Shown here: positions 1 through 15,000 of the stretch, one piece after another
Numbering within the stretch: position 1 is the stretch's first letter
Layout of the letters: each line of letters opens with the position of its first letter
DNA from: Leucoraja ocellata
Taxonomy: Eukaryota
DNA length: 64,000 nucleotides
Reading direction: 5' to 3'
Assembly (NCBI GenBank): GCA_036785375.1
Contig: JAWMAR010000023.1
Coordinates: 6,324,001 to 6,388,000 of the forward strand
The notes under the pieces: model-generated
What the model was told of the DNA's origin: nothing
Database searches by the model: none
What the model saw: the letters and a program-made list of their open reading frames with translations, nothing else
Program-made: the position numbers and the translations under genes

Positions 1-3000
1 TTGAATCCCACTCCACAAGCTCATCATTTTCATTGGTTCCTCAATCCCCGTCAGAAACACGTTCAACATCTGCACAAGCATCAGTGACAACTGAAACATC
101 ATCGGAATCCCATCCAACTACAGAGGCATCTCGAAACACAATGTCCTCTTCAGAAAGACAGCCAACAGCACATGAATCATCAAGTACAGAGCAGTCAACA
201 CAAACTCATGGAACAACATCAGAAATTCCCTCAGAAAGTGCGTCCTCATCAAAAACCATCGCAACAGCAACAACGTCACCTTTGGTCACTGGGAGCTCAG
301 CGGTAACTTATTCTCAATCATCGCAAATCACATCCTCCAACAACTCTGCAACAGTATCACATCCAATTACAGAAGAATCATCGATCACTGTCTCCTCACC
401 TGAAACACGTCAGACAAATACACAGGAACCTTTTACATCGGCATATCCAAAGACAACACAAGCTTCAACAGAAACTATTTTGACAACAGAAACACATTTA
501 ACAACACCAATCTCAAAGGAAACGGAGCCTCCATCAGTAACCTACCCACGCACAACAGAAGGCTCATCCACAACAGAATTTTCCTCACCAACACCGAATG
601 GTAGACAGGCATCAGCAGCCACATTGTCCACAGCTGAAACACGGTCAGAAACGCAGGAATCAATAAGAACGGAGCATTCAACACAAACCAATGCAAACAC
701 GACACAGAATTCTTCAGAAAGTGTGACTGTTTCAGAACCACATTTTACAACGCAATTTTCAGTCACAACACATTCCTCATCGGAATCATATTCCACATCA
801 GTGAAAGCTTCCTCAACAACAGAACCTTCATCAGAATCACATCCTACAATAGCAGCATCCACGATGGCCACATCCTCTCTGGAAACAACTCCAAAAACCC
901 AGCAATCTTCAAGAACTGAACTATCATCACAATCCAATCCAAGCACAACCAATGTTTCATCAGTCACTGAGTCCTCTTCAGAAACACATTTAACAACATC
1001 AAGTTTATCACAGGTAACTGAGTCCTCAACAGAAACATACTCCAGTTCGACGCCGGTTTCATCAAAAACTGAATCACCCTCAGAGAGCCATCAGACCACA
1101 GAGTTGCCTTCAAGCTCCTTGTCCTCATCAAAAACACATCCAACAACATTACAGGAATCATCATCAACAGAGCTTCCAACAACAGCATATCCAACATTGA
1201 CATCTGCTTCATCTGTTAGTGTGTCCCCATCTGAAACCCACCTAACAACAACACCACTATCATCGCCAACTCAGTCCTCAGCAGAGACCTATCCAACAAT
1301 ACAAACATCCACAAACAAACCTTCATCAGAAACACACCCGACAACAGTGGAATCGTCAAGCACACAGCATTCAACGCAAACACATCAAAGTTCAACGGAA
1401 GTTTCATCAGTCACTGTGTCGCCAGTTGAATCCCACTCCACAAGCTCATCATTTTCATTGGTTACTCAATCCCCGTCAGAAACACGTTCAACATCTGCAC
1501 AAGCATCAGTGACAACTGAAACTTCCTCGGAATCCCATGCAACTACAGAGGCATCTGGAATCACAATGTCCTCTTCAGAAAGACAGCCAACAGCACATGA
1601 ATCATCAAGTACAGAGCAGTCAACACAAACTCATGGAACAACATCAGAAATTCCCTCAGAAAGTGCGTCCTCATCAAAAACCCTCGCAACAGCATCAACG
1701 TCACCTTTGGTCACTGGGAGCTCAGCGGTAACTTATTCTCAATCATCGCAAATCACATCCTCCAACAAATCTGCAACAGTATCACATCCAACTACAGAAG
1801 AATCATCGATCACTGTCTCCTCACCTGAAACACGTCAGACAAATACACAGGAACCTTTTACATCAGCATATCCAAAGACAACACAAGCTTCAACAGAAAC
1901 TATTTTGACAACAGAAACACATTTAACAACACCAATCTCAAAGGAAACGGAGCCTCCTTCAGTAACCTACCCACGCACAACAGAAGGCTTATCAACAACC
2001 AAATTTTCCTCACCAACACCGAATGGTAGACAGGCATCAGCAACCACATTGTCCACAGCTGAAACACAGTCAGAAACGCAGGAATCAACAAGAACGGAGC
2101 ATTCAACACAAACCAATGCAAACACGACACAGAATTCTTCAGAAAGTGTGTCCGTTTCAGAGCCACATTTTACAACGCAATTTTCAGTCACAACACATTC
2201 TTCATCGGAATCATATTCCACATCAGTGAAAGCTTCCTCAACAACAGAACCTTCATCAGAATCACATCCTACAATAGCAGCATCCACGATGGCCACATCC
2301 TCTCTGGAAACAACTACAAAAACCCAGCAATCTTCAAGAACTGAACTATCCAATCCAAGCACAAGCAATGTTTCATCAGTCACTGAGTCCTCTTCAGAAA
2401 AACATTTAACAACATCAAGTTTATCACAGGTAACTGAGTCCTCAACAGAAATATACTCCAGTTCGACCCCGGTTTCATCAAAAACTGAATCACCCTCAGA
2501 GAGCCATCAGACCACAGAGTTGCCTTCAAGCTCCTTGTCCTCATCAAAAACACATCCAACAACATTACAGGAATCATCATCAACAGAGCTTCCAACAACA
2601 GCATATCCAACATTGACATCTGCTTCATCTGTTAGTGTGTCCCCATCTGAAACCTACCTAACAACAACACCACTATCAGCGCCAACTCAGTCCTCAGCAG
2701 AGACCTATCCAACAACACAAACATCCACAAACAAACCTTCATCAGAAACACATCCAACAACAGTGGAGTCGTCAAGCACACAGCATTCAACGCAAGTACA
2801 TCAAAGCTCAACAGAAGTTTCATCAGTCACTGTGTCGCCAGTTGAATCCCACTCCACAAGCTCATCATTTTCATTGGTTCCTCAATCCCCCTCAGAAACA
2901 CGTTCAACATCTGCACAAGCATCAGTGACAACTGAAACATCATCGGAATCCCATCCAACTACAGAGGCATCTCGAAACACAATGTCCTCTTCAGAAAGAC

Positions 3001-6000
3001 AGCCAACAGCACATGAATCATCAAGTACAGAGCAGTCAACACAAACTCATGGAACAACATCAGAAATTCCCTCAGAAAGTGCGTCCTCATCAAAAACCAT
3101 CGCAACAGCAACAACGTCACCTTTGGTCACTGGGAGCTCAGCGGTAACTTATTCTCAATCATCGCAAATCACATCCTCCAACAACTCTGCAACAGTATCA
3201 CATCCAATTACAAAAGAATCATCGATCACTGTCTCCTCACCTGAAACACGTCAGACAAATACACAGGAACCTTTTACATCGGCATATCCAAAGACAACAC
3301 AAGCTTCAACAGAAACTATTTTGACAACAGAAACACATTTAACAACACCAATCTCAAAGGAAACGGAGCCTCCATCAGTAACCTACCCACGCACAACAGA
3401 AGGCTCATCCACAACAGAATTTTCCTCACCAACACCGAATGGTAGACAGGCATCAGCAGCCACATTGTCCACAGCTGAAACACGGTCAGAAACGCAGGAA
3501 TCAATAAGAACGGAGCATTCAACACAAACCAATGCAAACACGACACAGAATTCTTCAGAAAGTGTGACTGTTTCAGAACCACATTTTACAACGCAATTTT
3601 CAGTCACAACACATTCCTCATCGGAATCATATTCCACATCAGTGAAAGCTTCCTCAACAACAGAACCTTCATCAGAATCACATCCTACAATAGCAGCATC
3701 CACGATGGCCACATCCTCTCTGGAAACAACTCCAAAAACCCAGCAATCTTCAAGAACTGAACTATCATCACAATCCAATCCAAGCACAACCAATGTTTCA
3801 TCAGTCACTGAGTCCTCTTCAGAAACACATTTAACAACATCAAGTTTATCACAGGTAACTGAGTCCTCAACAGAAACATACTCCAGTTCGACGCCGGTTT
3901 CATCAAAAACTGAATCACCCTCAGAGAGCCATCAGACCACAGAGTTGCCTTCAAGCTCCTTGTCCTCATCAAAAACACATCCAACAACATTACAGGAATC
4001 ATCATCAACAGAGCTTCCAACAACAGCATATCCAACATTGACATCTGCTTCATCTGTTAGTGTGTCCCCATCTGAAACCCACCTAACAACAACACCACTA
4101 TCATCGCCAACTCAGTCCTCAGCAGAGACCTATCCAACAATACAAACATCCACAAACAAACCTTCATCAGAAACACACCCGACAACAGTGGAATCGTCAA
4201 GCACACAGCATTCAACGCAAACACATCAAAGTTCAACGGAAGTTTCATCAGTCACTGTGTCGCCAGTTGAATCCCACTCCACAAGCTCATCATTTTCATT
4301 GGTTACTCAATCCCCGTCAGAAACACGTTCAACATCTGCACAAGCATCAGTGACAACTGAAACTTCCTCGGAATCCCATGCAACTACAGAGGCATCTGGA
4401 ATCACAATGTCCTCTTCAGAAAGACAGCCAACAGCACATGAATCATCAAGTACAGAGCAGTCAACACAAACTCATGGAACAACATCAGAAATTCCCTCAG
4501 AAAGTGCGTCCTCATCAAAAACCCTCGCAACAGCATCAACGTCACCTTTGGTCACTGGGAGCTCAGCGGTAACTTATTCTCAATCATCGCAAATCACATC
4601 CTCCAACAAATCTGCAACAGTATCACATCCAACTACAGAAGAATCATCGATCACTGTCTCCTCACCTGAAACACGTCAGACAAATACACAGGAACCTTTT
4701 ACATCAGCATATCCAAAGACAACACAAGCTTCAACAGAAACTATTTTGACAACAGAAACACATTTAACAACACCAATCTCAAAGGAAACGGAGCCTCCTT
4801 CAGTAACCTACCCACGCACAACAGAAGGCTTATCAACAACCAAATTTTCCTCACCAACACCGAATGGTAGACAGGCATCAGCAACCACATTGTCCACAGC
4901 TGAAACACAGTCAGAAACGCAGGAATCAACAAGAACGGAGCATTCAACACAAACCAATGCAAACACGACACAGAATTCTTCAGAAAGTGTGTCCGTTTCA
5001 GAGCCACATTTTACAACGCAATTTTCAGTCACAACACATTCTTCATCGGAATCATATTCCACATCAGTGAAAGCTTCCTCAACAACAGAACCTTCATCAG
5101 AATCACATCCTACAATAGCAGCATCCACGATGGCCACATCCTCTCTGGAAACAACTACAAAAACCCAGCAATCTTCAAGAACTGAACTATCCAATCCAAG
5201 CACAAGCAATGTTTCATCAGTCACTGAGTCCTCTTCAGAAAAACATTTAACAACATCAAGTTTATCACAGGTAACTGAGTCCTCAACAGAAACATACTCC
5301 AGTTCGACCCCGGTTTCATCAAAAACTGAATCACCCTCAGAGAGCCATCAGACCACAGAGTTGCCTTCAAGCTCCTTGTCCTCATCAAAAACACATCCAA
5401 CAACATTACAGGAATCATCATCAACAGAGCTTCCAACAACAGCATATCCAACATTGACATCTGCTTCATCTGTTAGTGTGTCCCCATCTGAAACCTACCT
5501 AACAACAACACCACTATCAGCGTCAACTCAGTCCTCAGCAGAGACCTATCCAACAACACAAACATCCACAAACAAACCTTCATCAGAAACACATCCAACA
5601 ACAGTGGAGTCGTCAAGCACACAGCATTCAACGCAAGTACATCAAAGCTCAACAGAAGTTTCATCAGTCACCGTGTCGCCAGTTGAATCCCACTCCACAA
5701 GCTCATCATTTTCATTGGTTCCTCAATCCCCGTCCGAAACACGTTCAACATCTGCACAAGCATCAGTGACAACTGAAACATCATCGGAATCCCATCCAAC
5801 TACAGAGGCATCTCGAAACACAATGTCCTCTTCAGAAAGACAGCCAACAGCACATGAATCATCAAGTACAGAGCAGTCAACACAAACTCATGGAACAACA
5901 TCAGAAATTCCCTCAGAAAGTGCGTCCTCATCAAAAACCCTCGCAACAGCAACAACGTCACCTTTGGTCACTGGGAGCTCAGCGGTAACTTATTCTCAAT

Positions 6001-9000
6001 CATCGCAAATCACATCCTCCAACAACTCTGCAACAGTATCACATCCAATTACAGAAGAATCATCGATCACTGTCTCCTCACCTGAAACACGTCAGACAAA
6101 TACACAGGAACCTTTTACATCGGCATATCCAAAGACAACACAAGCTTCAACAGAAACTATTTTGACAACAGAAACACATTTAACAACACCAATCTCAAAG
6201 GAAACGGAGCCTCCATCAGTAACCTACCCACGCACAACAGAAGGCTCATCCACAACAGAATTTTCCTCACCAACACCGAATGGTAGACAGGCATCAGCAG
6301 CCACATTGTCCACAGCTGAAACACGGTCAGAAACGCAGGAATCAATAAGAACGGAGCATTCAACACAAACCAATGCAAACACGACACAGAATTCTTCAGA
6401 AAGTGTGACTGTTTCAGAACCACATTTTACAACGCAATTTTCAGTCACAACACATTCCTCATCGGAATCATATTCCACATCAGTGAAAGCTTCCTCAACA
6501 ACAGAACCTTCATCAGAATCACATCCTACAATAGCAGCATCCACGATGGCCACATCCTCTCTGGAAACAACTCCAAAAACCCAGCAATCTTCAAGAACTG
6601 AACTATCATCACAATCCAATCCAAGCACAACCAATGTTTCATCAGTCACTGAGTCCTCTTCAGAAACACATTTAACAACATCAAGTTTATCACAGGTAAC
6701 TGAGTCCTCAACAGAAACATACTCCAGTTCGACGCCGGTTTCATCAAAAACTGAATCACCCTCAGAGAGCCATCAGACCACAGAGTTGCCTTCAAGCTCC
6801 TTGTCCTCATCAAAAACACATCCAACAACATTACAGGAATCATCATCAACAGAGCTTCCAACAACAGCATATCCAACATTGACATCTGCTTCATCTGTTA
6901 GTGTGTCCCCATCTGAAACCCACCTAACAACAACACCACTATCATCGCCAACTCAGTCCACAGCAGAGACCTATCCAACAATACAAACATCCACAAACAA
7001 ACCTTCATCAGAAACACACCCGACAACAGTGGAATCGTCAAGCACACAGCATTCAACGCAAACACATCAAAGCTCAACAGAAGTTTCATCAGTCACTGTG
7101 TCGCCAGTTGAATCCCACTCCACAAGCTCATCATTTTCATTGGTTACTCAATCCCCGTCAGAAACACGTTCAACATCTGCACAAGCATCAGTGACAACTG
7201 AAACTTCATTGGAATCCCATCCAACTACAGAGGCATCTCGAATCACAATGTCCCCTTCAGAAAGACAGCCAACAGCACATGAATCATCAAGTACCGATCA
7301 GTCAACACAAACTCATGGAACAACATCAGAAATTCCCTCAGAAAGTGCGTCCTCATCAAAAACCCTCGCAACAGCAACAACGTCACCTTTGGTCACTGGG
7401 AGCTCAGCGGTAACTTATTCTCAATCATCGCAAATCACATCCTCCAACAAATCTGCAACAGTATCACATCCAACTACAGAAGAATCATTGATCACTGTCT
7501 CCTCACCTGAAACACGTCAGACAAATACACAGGAACCTTTTACATCGGCATATCCAAAGACAACACAAGCTTCAACAGAAACTATTTTGACAACAGAAAC
7601 ACATTTAACAACACCAATCTCAAAGGAAACGGAGCCTCCATCAGTAACCTACCCACGCACAACAGAAGGCTTATCCACAACAGAATTTTCCTCACCAACA
7701 CCGAATGGTAGACAGGCATCAGCAGCCACATTGTCCACAGCTGAAACACGGTCAGAAACGCAGGAATCAATAAGAACGGAGCATTCAACACAAACCAATG
7801 CAAACACGACACAGAATTCTTCAGAAAGTGTGACTGTTTCAGAACCACATTTTACAACGCAATTTTCAGTCACAACACATTCCTCATCGGAATCATATTC
7901 CACATCAGTGAAAGATTCCTCAACAACAGAACCTTCATCAGAATCACATCCTACAATAGCAGCATCCACGATGGCCACATCCTCTCTGGAAACAACTCCA
8001 AAAACCCAGCAATCTTCAAGAACTGAACTATCATCACAATCCAATCCAAGCACAACCAATGTTTCATCAGTCACTGAGTCCTCTTCAGAATCACATTTAA
8101 CAACATCAAGTTTATCACAGGTAACTGAGTCCTCAACAGAAACATACTCCAGTTCGACGCCGGTTTCATCAAAAACTGAATCACCCTCAGAGAGCCATCA
8201 GACCACAGAGTTGCCTTCAAGCTCCTTGTCCTCATCAAAAACACATCCAACAACATTACAGGAATCATCATCAACAGAGCTTCCAACAACAGCATATCCA
8301 ACATTGACATCTGCTTCATCTGTTAGTGTGTCCCCATCTGAAACCCACCTAACAACAACACCACTATCATCGCCAACTCAGTCCACAGCAGAGACCTATC
8401 CAACAATACAAACATCCACAAACAAACCTTCATCAGAAACACACCCGACAACAGTGGAATCGTCAAGCACACAGCATTCAACGCAAACACATCAAAGCTC
8501 AACAGAAGTTTCATCAGTCACTGTGTCGCCAGTTGAATCCCACTCCACAAGCTCATCATTTTCATTGGTTACTCAATCCCCGTCAGAAACACGTTCAACA
8601 TCTGCACAAGCATCAGTGACAACTGAAACTTCATTGGAATCCCATCCAACTACAGAGGCATCTCGAATCACAATGTCCCCTTCAGAAAGACAGCCAATAG
8701 CACATGAATCATCAAGTACCGATCAGTCAACACAAACTCATGGAACAACATCAGAAATTCCCTCAGAAAGTGCGTCCTCATCAAAAACCCTCGCAACAGC
8801 AACAACGTCACCTTTGGTCACTGGGAGCTCAGCGGTAACTTATTCTCAATCATCGCAAATCACATCCTCCAACAAATCTGCAACAGTATCACATCCAACT
8901 ACAGAAGAATCATCGATCACTGTCTCCTCACCTGAAACACGTCAGACAAATACACAGGAACCTTTTACATCGGCATATCCAAAGACAACACAAGCTTCAA

Positions 9001-12000
9001 CAGAAACTATTTTGACAACAGAAACACATTTAACAACACCAATCTCAAAGGAAACGGAGCCTCCATCAGTAACCTACCCACGCACAACAGAAGGCTTATC
9101 CACAACAGAATTTTCCTCACCAACACCGAATGGTAGACAGGCATCAGCAGCCACATTGTCCACAGCTGAAACACGGTCAGAAACGCAGGAATCAATAAGA
9201 ACGGAGCATTCAACACAAACCAATGCAAACACGACACAGAATTCTTCAGAAAGTGTGACCGTTTCAGAACCACATTTTACAACGCAATTTTCAGTCACAA
9301 CACATTCCTCATCGGAATCATATTCCACATCAGTGAAAGATTCCTCAACAACAGAACCTTCATCAGAATCACATCCTACAATAGCAGCATCCACGATGGC
9401 CACATCCTCTCTGGAAACAACTCCAAAAACCCAGCAATCTTCAAGAACTGAACTATCATCACAATCCAATCCAAGCACACCCAAAGTTTCATCAGTCACT
9501 GAGTCCTCTTCAGAAACACATTTAAGAACATCAAGTTTATCACAGGTAACTGAGTCCTCAACAGAAACATACTCCAGTTCGACGCCGGTTTCATCAAAAA
9601 CTGAATCACCCTCAGAGAACCATCAGACCACAGAAGTGCCTTCAAGCTCCTTGTCCTCATCAAAAACACATCCAACAACATTACAGGAATCATCATCAAC
9701 AGAGCTTCCAACAACAGCATATCCAACATTGACATCTGCTTCATCTGTTAGTGTGTCCCCATCTGAAACCCACCTAACAACAACACCACTATCATCGCCA
9801 ACTCAGTCCTCAGCAGAGACCTATCCAACAATACAAACATCCACAAACAAACCTTCATCAGAAACACACCCGACAACAGTGGAATCGTCAAGCACACAGC
9901 ATTCAACGCAAACACATCAAAGCTCAACAGAAGTTTCATCAGTCACTGTGTCGCCAGTTGAATCCCACTCCACAAGCTCATTATTTTCATTGGTTACTCA
10001 ATCCCCATCAGAAACACGTTCAACATCTGCACAAGCATCAGTGACAACTGAAACTTCATTGGAATCCCATCCAACTACAGAGGCATCTCGAATCACAATG
10101 TCCCCTTCAGAAAGACAGCCAACAGCACATGAATCATCAAGTACCGATCAGTCAACACAAACTCATGGAACAACATCAGAAATTCCCTCAGAAAGTGAGT
10201 CCTCATCAAAAACACTCGCAACAGCAACAACGTCACCTTTGGTCACTGGGAGCTCAGCGGTAACTTATTCTCAATCATCGCAAATCACATCCTCCAACAA
10301 ATCTGCAACAGTATCACATCCAACTACAGAAGAATCATTGATCACTGTCTCCTCACCTGAAACACGTCAGACAAATACACAGGAACCTTTTACATCGGCA
10401 TATCCAAAGACAACACAAGCTCCAACAGAAACTATTTTGACAACAGAAACACATTTAACAACACCAATCTCAAAGGAAACGGAGCCTCCATCAGTAACCT
10501 ACCCACGCACAACAGAAGGCTCATCCACAACAGAATTTTCCTCACCAACACCGAATGGTAGACAGGCATCAGCAGCCACATTGTCCACAGCTGAAACACG
10601 GTCAGAAACGCAGGAATCAATAAGAACGGAGCATTCAACACAAACCAATGCAAACACGACACAGAATTCTTCAGAAAGTGTGACTGTTTCAGAACCACAT
10701 TTTACAACGCAATTTTCAGTCACAACACATTCCTCATCGGAATCATATTCCACATCAGTGAAAGATTCCTCAACAACAGAACCTTCATCAGAATCACATC
10801 CTACAATAGCAGCATCCACGATGGCCACATCCTCTCTGGAAACAACTCCAAAAACCCAGCAATCTTCAAGAACTGAACTATCATCACAATCCAATCCAAG
10901 CACAACCAAAGTTTCATCAGTCACTGAGTCCTCTTCAGAAACACATTTAACAACATCAAGTTTATCACAGGTAACTGAGTCCTCAACAGAAACATACTCC
11001 AGTTCGACGCCGGTTTCATCAAAAACTGAATCACCCTCAGAGAGCCATCAGACCACAGAAGTGCCTTCAAGCTCCTTGTCCTCATCAAAAACACATCCAA
11101 CAACATTACAGGAATCATCATCAACAGAGCTTCCAACAACAGCATATCCAACATTGACATCTGCTTCATCTGTTAGTGTGTCCCCATCTGAAACCCACCT
11201 AACAACAACACCACTATCATCGCCAACTCAGTCCTCAGCAGAGACCTATCCAACAATACAAACATCCACAAACAAACCTTCATCAGAAACACACCCGACA
11301 ACAGTGGAATCGTCAAGCACACAGCATTCAACGCAAACACATCAAAGTTCAACGGAAGTTTCATCAGTCACTGTGTCGCCAGTTGAATCCCACTCCACAA
11401 GCTCATCATTTTCATTGGTTACTCAATCCCCATCAGAAACACGTTCAACATCTGCACAAGCATCAGTGACAACTGAAACTTCATTGGAATCCCATCCAAC
11501 TACAGAGGCATCTCGAATCACAATGTCCCCTTCAGAAAGACAGCCAACAGCACATGAATCATCAAGTACAGAGCAGTCAACACAAACTCATGGAACAACA
11601 TCAGAAATTCCCTCAGAAAGTGCGTCCTCATCAAAAACCCTCGCAACAGCAACAACGTCACCTTTGGTCACTGGGAGCTCAGCGGTAACTTATTCTCAAT
11701 CATCGCAAATCACATCCTCCAACAAATCTGCAACAGAATCACATCCAACTACAGAAGAATCATCGATCACTGTCTCCTCACCTGAAACACGTCAGACAAA
11801 TACACAGGAACCTTTTACATCGGCATATCCAAAGACAACACAAGCTTCAACAGAAACTATTTTGACAACAGAAACACATTTAACAACACCAATCTCAAAG
11901 GAAACGGAGCCTCCATCAGTAACCTACCCACGCACAACAGAAGGCTCATCCACAACAGAATTTTCCTCACCAACACCGAATGGTAGACAGGCATCAGCAG

Positions 12001-15000
12001 CCACATTGTCCACAGCTGAAACACGGTCAGAAACGCAGGAATCAATAAGAACGGAGCATTCAACACAAACCAATGCAAACACGACACAGAATTCTTCAGA
12101 AAGTGTGACTGTTTCAGAACCACATTTTACAACGCAATTTTCAGTCACAACACATTCCTCATCGGAATCATATTCCACATCAGTGAAAGCTTCCTCAACA
12201 ACAGAACCTTCATCAGAATCACATCCTACAATAGCAGCATCCACGATGGCCACATCCTCTCTGGAAACAACTCCAAAAACCCAGCAATCTTCAAGAACTG
12301 AACTATCATCACAATCCAATCCAAGCACAACCAATGTTTCATCAGTCACTGAGTCCTCTTCAGAAACACATTTAACAACATCAAGTTTATCACAGGTAAC
12401 TGAGTCCTCAACAGAAACATACTCCAGTTCGACGCCGGTTTCATCAAAAACTGAATCACCCTCAGAGAGCCATCAGACCACAGAGTTGCCTTCAAGCTCC
12501 TTGTCCTCATCAAAAACACATCCAACAACATTACAGGAATCATCATCAACAGAGCTTCCAACAACAGCATATCCAACATTGACATCTGCTTCATCTGTTA
12601 GTGTGTCCCCATCTGAAACCCACCTAACAACAACACCACTATCATCGCCAACTCAGTCCTCAGCAGAGACCTATCCAACAATACAAACATCCACAAACAA
12701 ACCTTCATCAGAAACACACCCGACAACAGTGGAATCGTCAAGCACACAGCATTCAACGCAAACACATCAAAGTTCAACGGAAGTTTCATCAGTCACTGTG
12801 TCGCCAGTTGAATCCCACTCCACAAGCTCATCATTTTCATTGGTTACTCAATCCCCGTCAGAAACACGTTCAACATCTGCACAAGCATCAGTGACAACTG
12901 AAACTTCATCGGAATCCCATCCAACTACAGAGGCATCTCCAATCACAATGTCCCCTTCAGAAAGACAGCCAACAGCACATGAATCATCAAGTACAGAGCA
13001 GTCAACACAAACTCATGGAACAACATCAGAAATTCCCTCAGAAAGTGCGTCCTCATCAAAAACCCTCGCAACAACAACAACGTCACCTTTGGTCACTGGG
13101 AGCTCAGCGGTAACTTATTCTCAATCATCGCAAATCACATCCTCCAACAAATCTGCAACAGTACCACATCCAACTACAGAAGAATCATCGATCACTGTCT
13201 CCTCACCTGAAACACGTCAGACAAATACACAGAAACCTTTTACATCGGCATATCCAAAGACAACACAAGCTTCAACAGAAACTATTTTGACAACAGAAAC
13301 ACATTTAACAACACCAATCTCAAAGGAAACGGAGCCTCCATCAGTAACCTACCCACGCACAACAGAAGGCTCATCCACAACAGAATTTTCCTCACCAACA
13401 CCGAATGGTAGACAGGCATCAGCAGCCACATTGTCCACAGCTGAAACACGGTCAGAAACGCAGGAATCAATAAGAACGGAGCATTCAACACAAACCAATG
13501 CAAACACGACACAGAATTCTTCAGAAAGTGTGACTGTTTCAGAACCACATTTTACAACGCAATTTTCAGTCACAACACATTCCTCATCGGAATCATATTC
13601 CACATCAGTGAAAGCTTCCTCAACAACAGAACCTTCATCAGAATCACATCCTACAATAGCAGCATCCACGATGGCCACATCCTCTCTGGAAACAACTCCA
13701 AAAACCCAGCAATCTTCAAGAACTGAACTATCATCACAATCCAATCCAAGCACAACCAATGTTTCATCAGTCACTGAGTCCTCTCCAGAAACACATTTAA
13801 CAACATCAAGTTTATCACAGGTAACTGAGTCCTCAACAGAAACATACTCCAGTTCGACGCCGGTTTCATCAAAAACTGAATCACCCTCAGAGAGCCATCA
13901 GACCACAGAGTTGCCTTCAAGCTCCTTGTCCTCATCAAAAACACATCCAACAACATTACAGGAATCATCATCAACAGAGCTTCCAACAACAGCATATCCA
14001 ACATTGACATCTGCTTCATCTGTTAGTGTGTCCCCATCTGAAACCCACCTAACAACAACACCACTATCATCGCCAACTCAGTCCTCAGCAGAGACCTATC
14101 CAACAATACAAACATCCACAAACAAACCTTCATCAGAAACACACCCGACAACAGTGGAATCGTCAAGCACACAGCATTCAACGCAAACACATCAAAGTTC
14201 AACGGAAGTTTCATCAGTCACTGTGTCGCCAGTTGAATCCCACTCCACAAGCTCATCATTTTCATTGGTTACTCAATCCCCATCAGAAACACGTTCAACA
14301 TCTGCACAAGCATCAGTGACAACTGAAACTTCATCGGAATCCCATCCAACTACAGAGGCATCTCGAATCACAATGTCCCCTTCAGAAAGACAGCCAACAG
14401 CACATGAATCATCAAGTACAGAGCAGTCAACACAAACTCATGGAACAACATCAGAAATTCCCTCAGAAAGTGCGTCCTCATCAAAAACCCTCGCAACAGC
14501 AACAACGTCACCTTTGGTCACTGGGAGCTCAGCGGTAACTTATTCTCAATCATCGCAAATCACATCCTCCAACAAATCTGCAACAGTATCACATCCAACT
14601 ACAGAAGAATCATCGATCACTGTCTCCTCACCTGAAACACGTCAGACAAATACACAGGAACCTTTTACATCGGCATATCCAAAGACAACACAAGCTTCAA
14701 CAGAAACTATTTTGACAACAGAAACACATTTAACAACACCAATCTCAAAGGAAACGGAGCCTCCATTAGTAACCTACCCACGCACAACAGAAGGCTCATC
14801 CACAACAGAATTTTCCTCACCAACACCGAATGGTAGACAGGCATCAGCAGCCACATTGTCCACAGCTGAAACACGGTCAGAAACGCAGGAATCAATAAGA
14901 ACGGAGCATTCAACACAAACCAATGCAAACACGACACAGAATTCTTCAGAAAGTGTGACTGTTTCAGAACCACATTTTACAACGCAATTTTCAGTCACAA

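Noticed and set aside
33-35. ORF-track start 'M' at 33
   Set aside because: It is a TTG (Leu) inside the repeat; the frame is open from base 3 and the true start lies upstream of the window.
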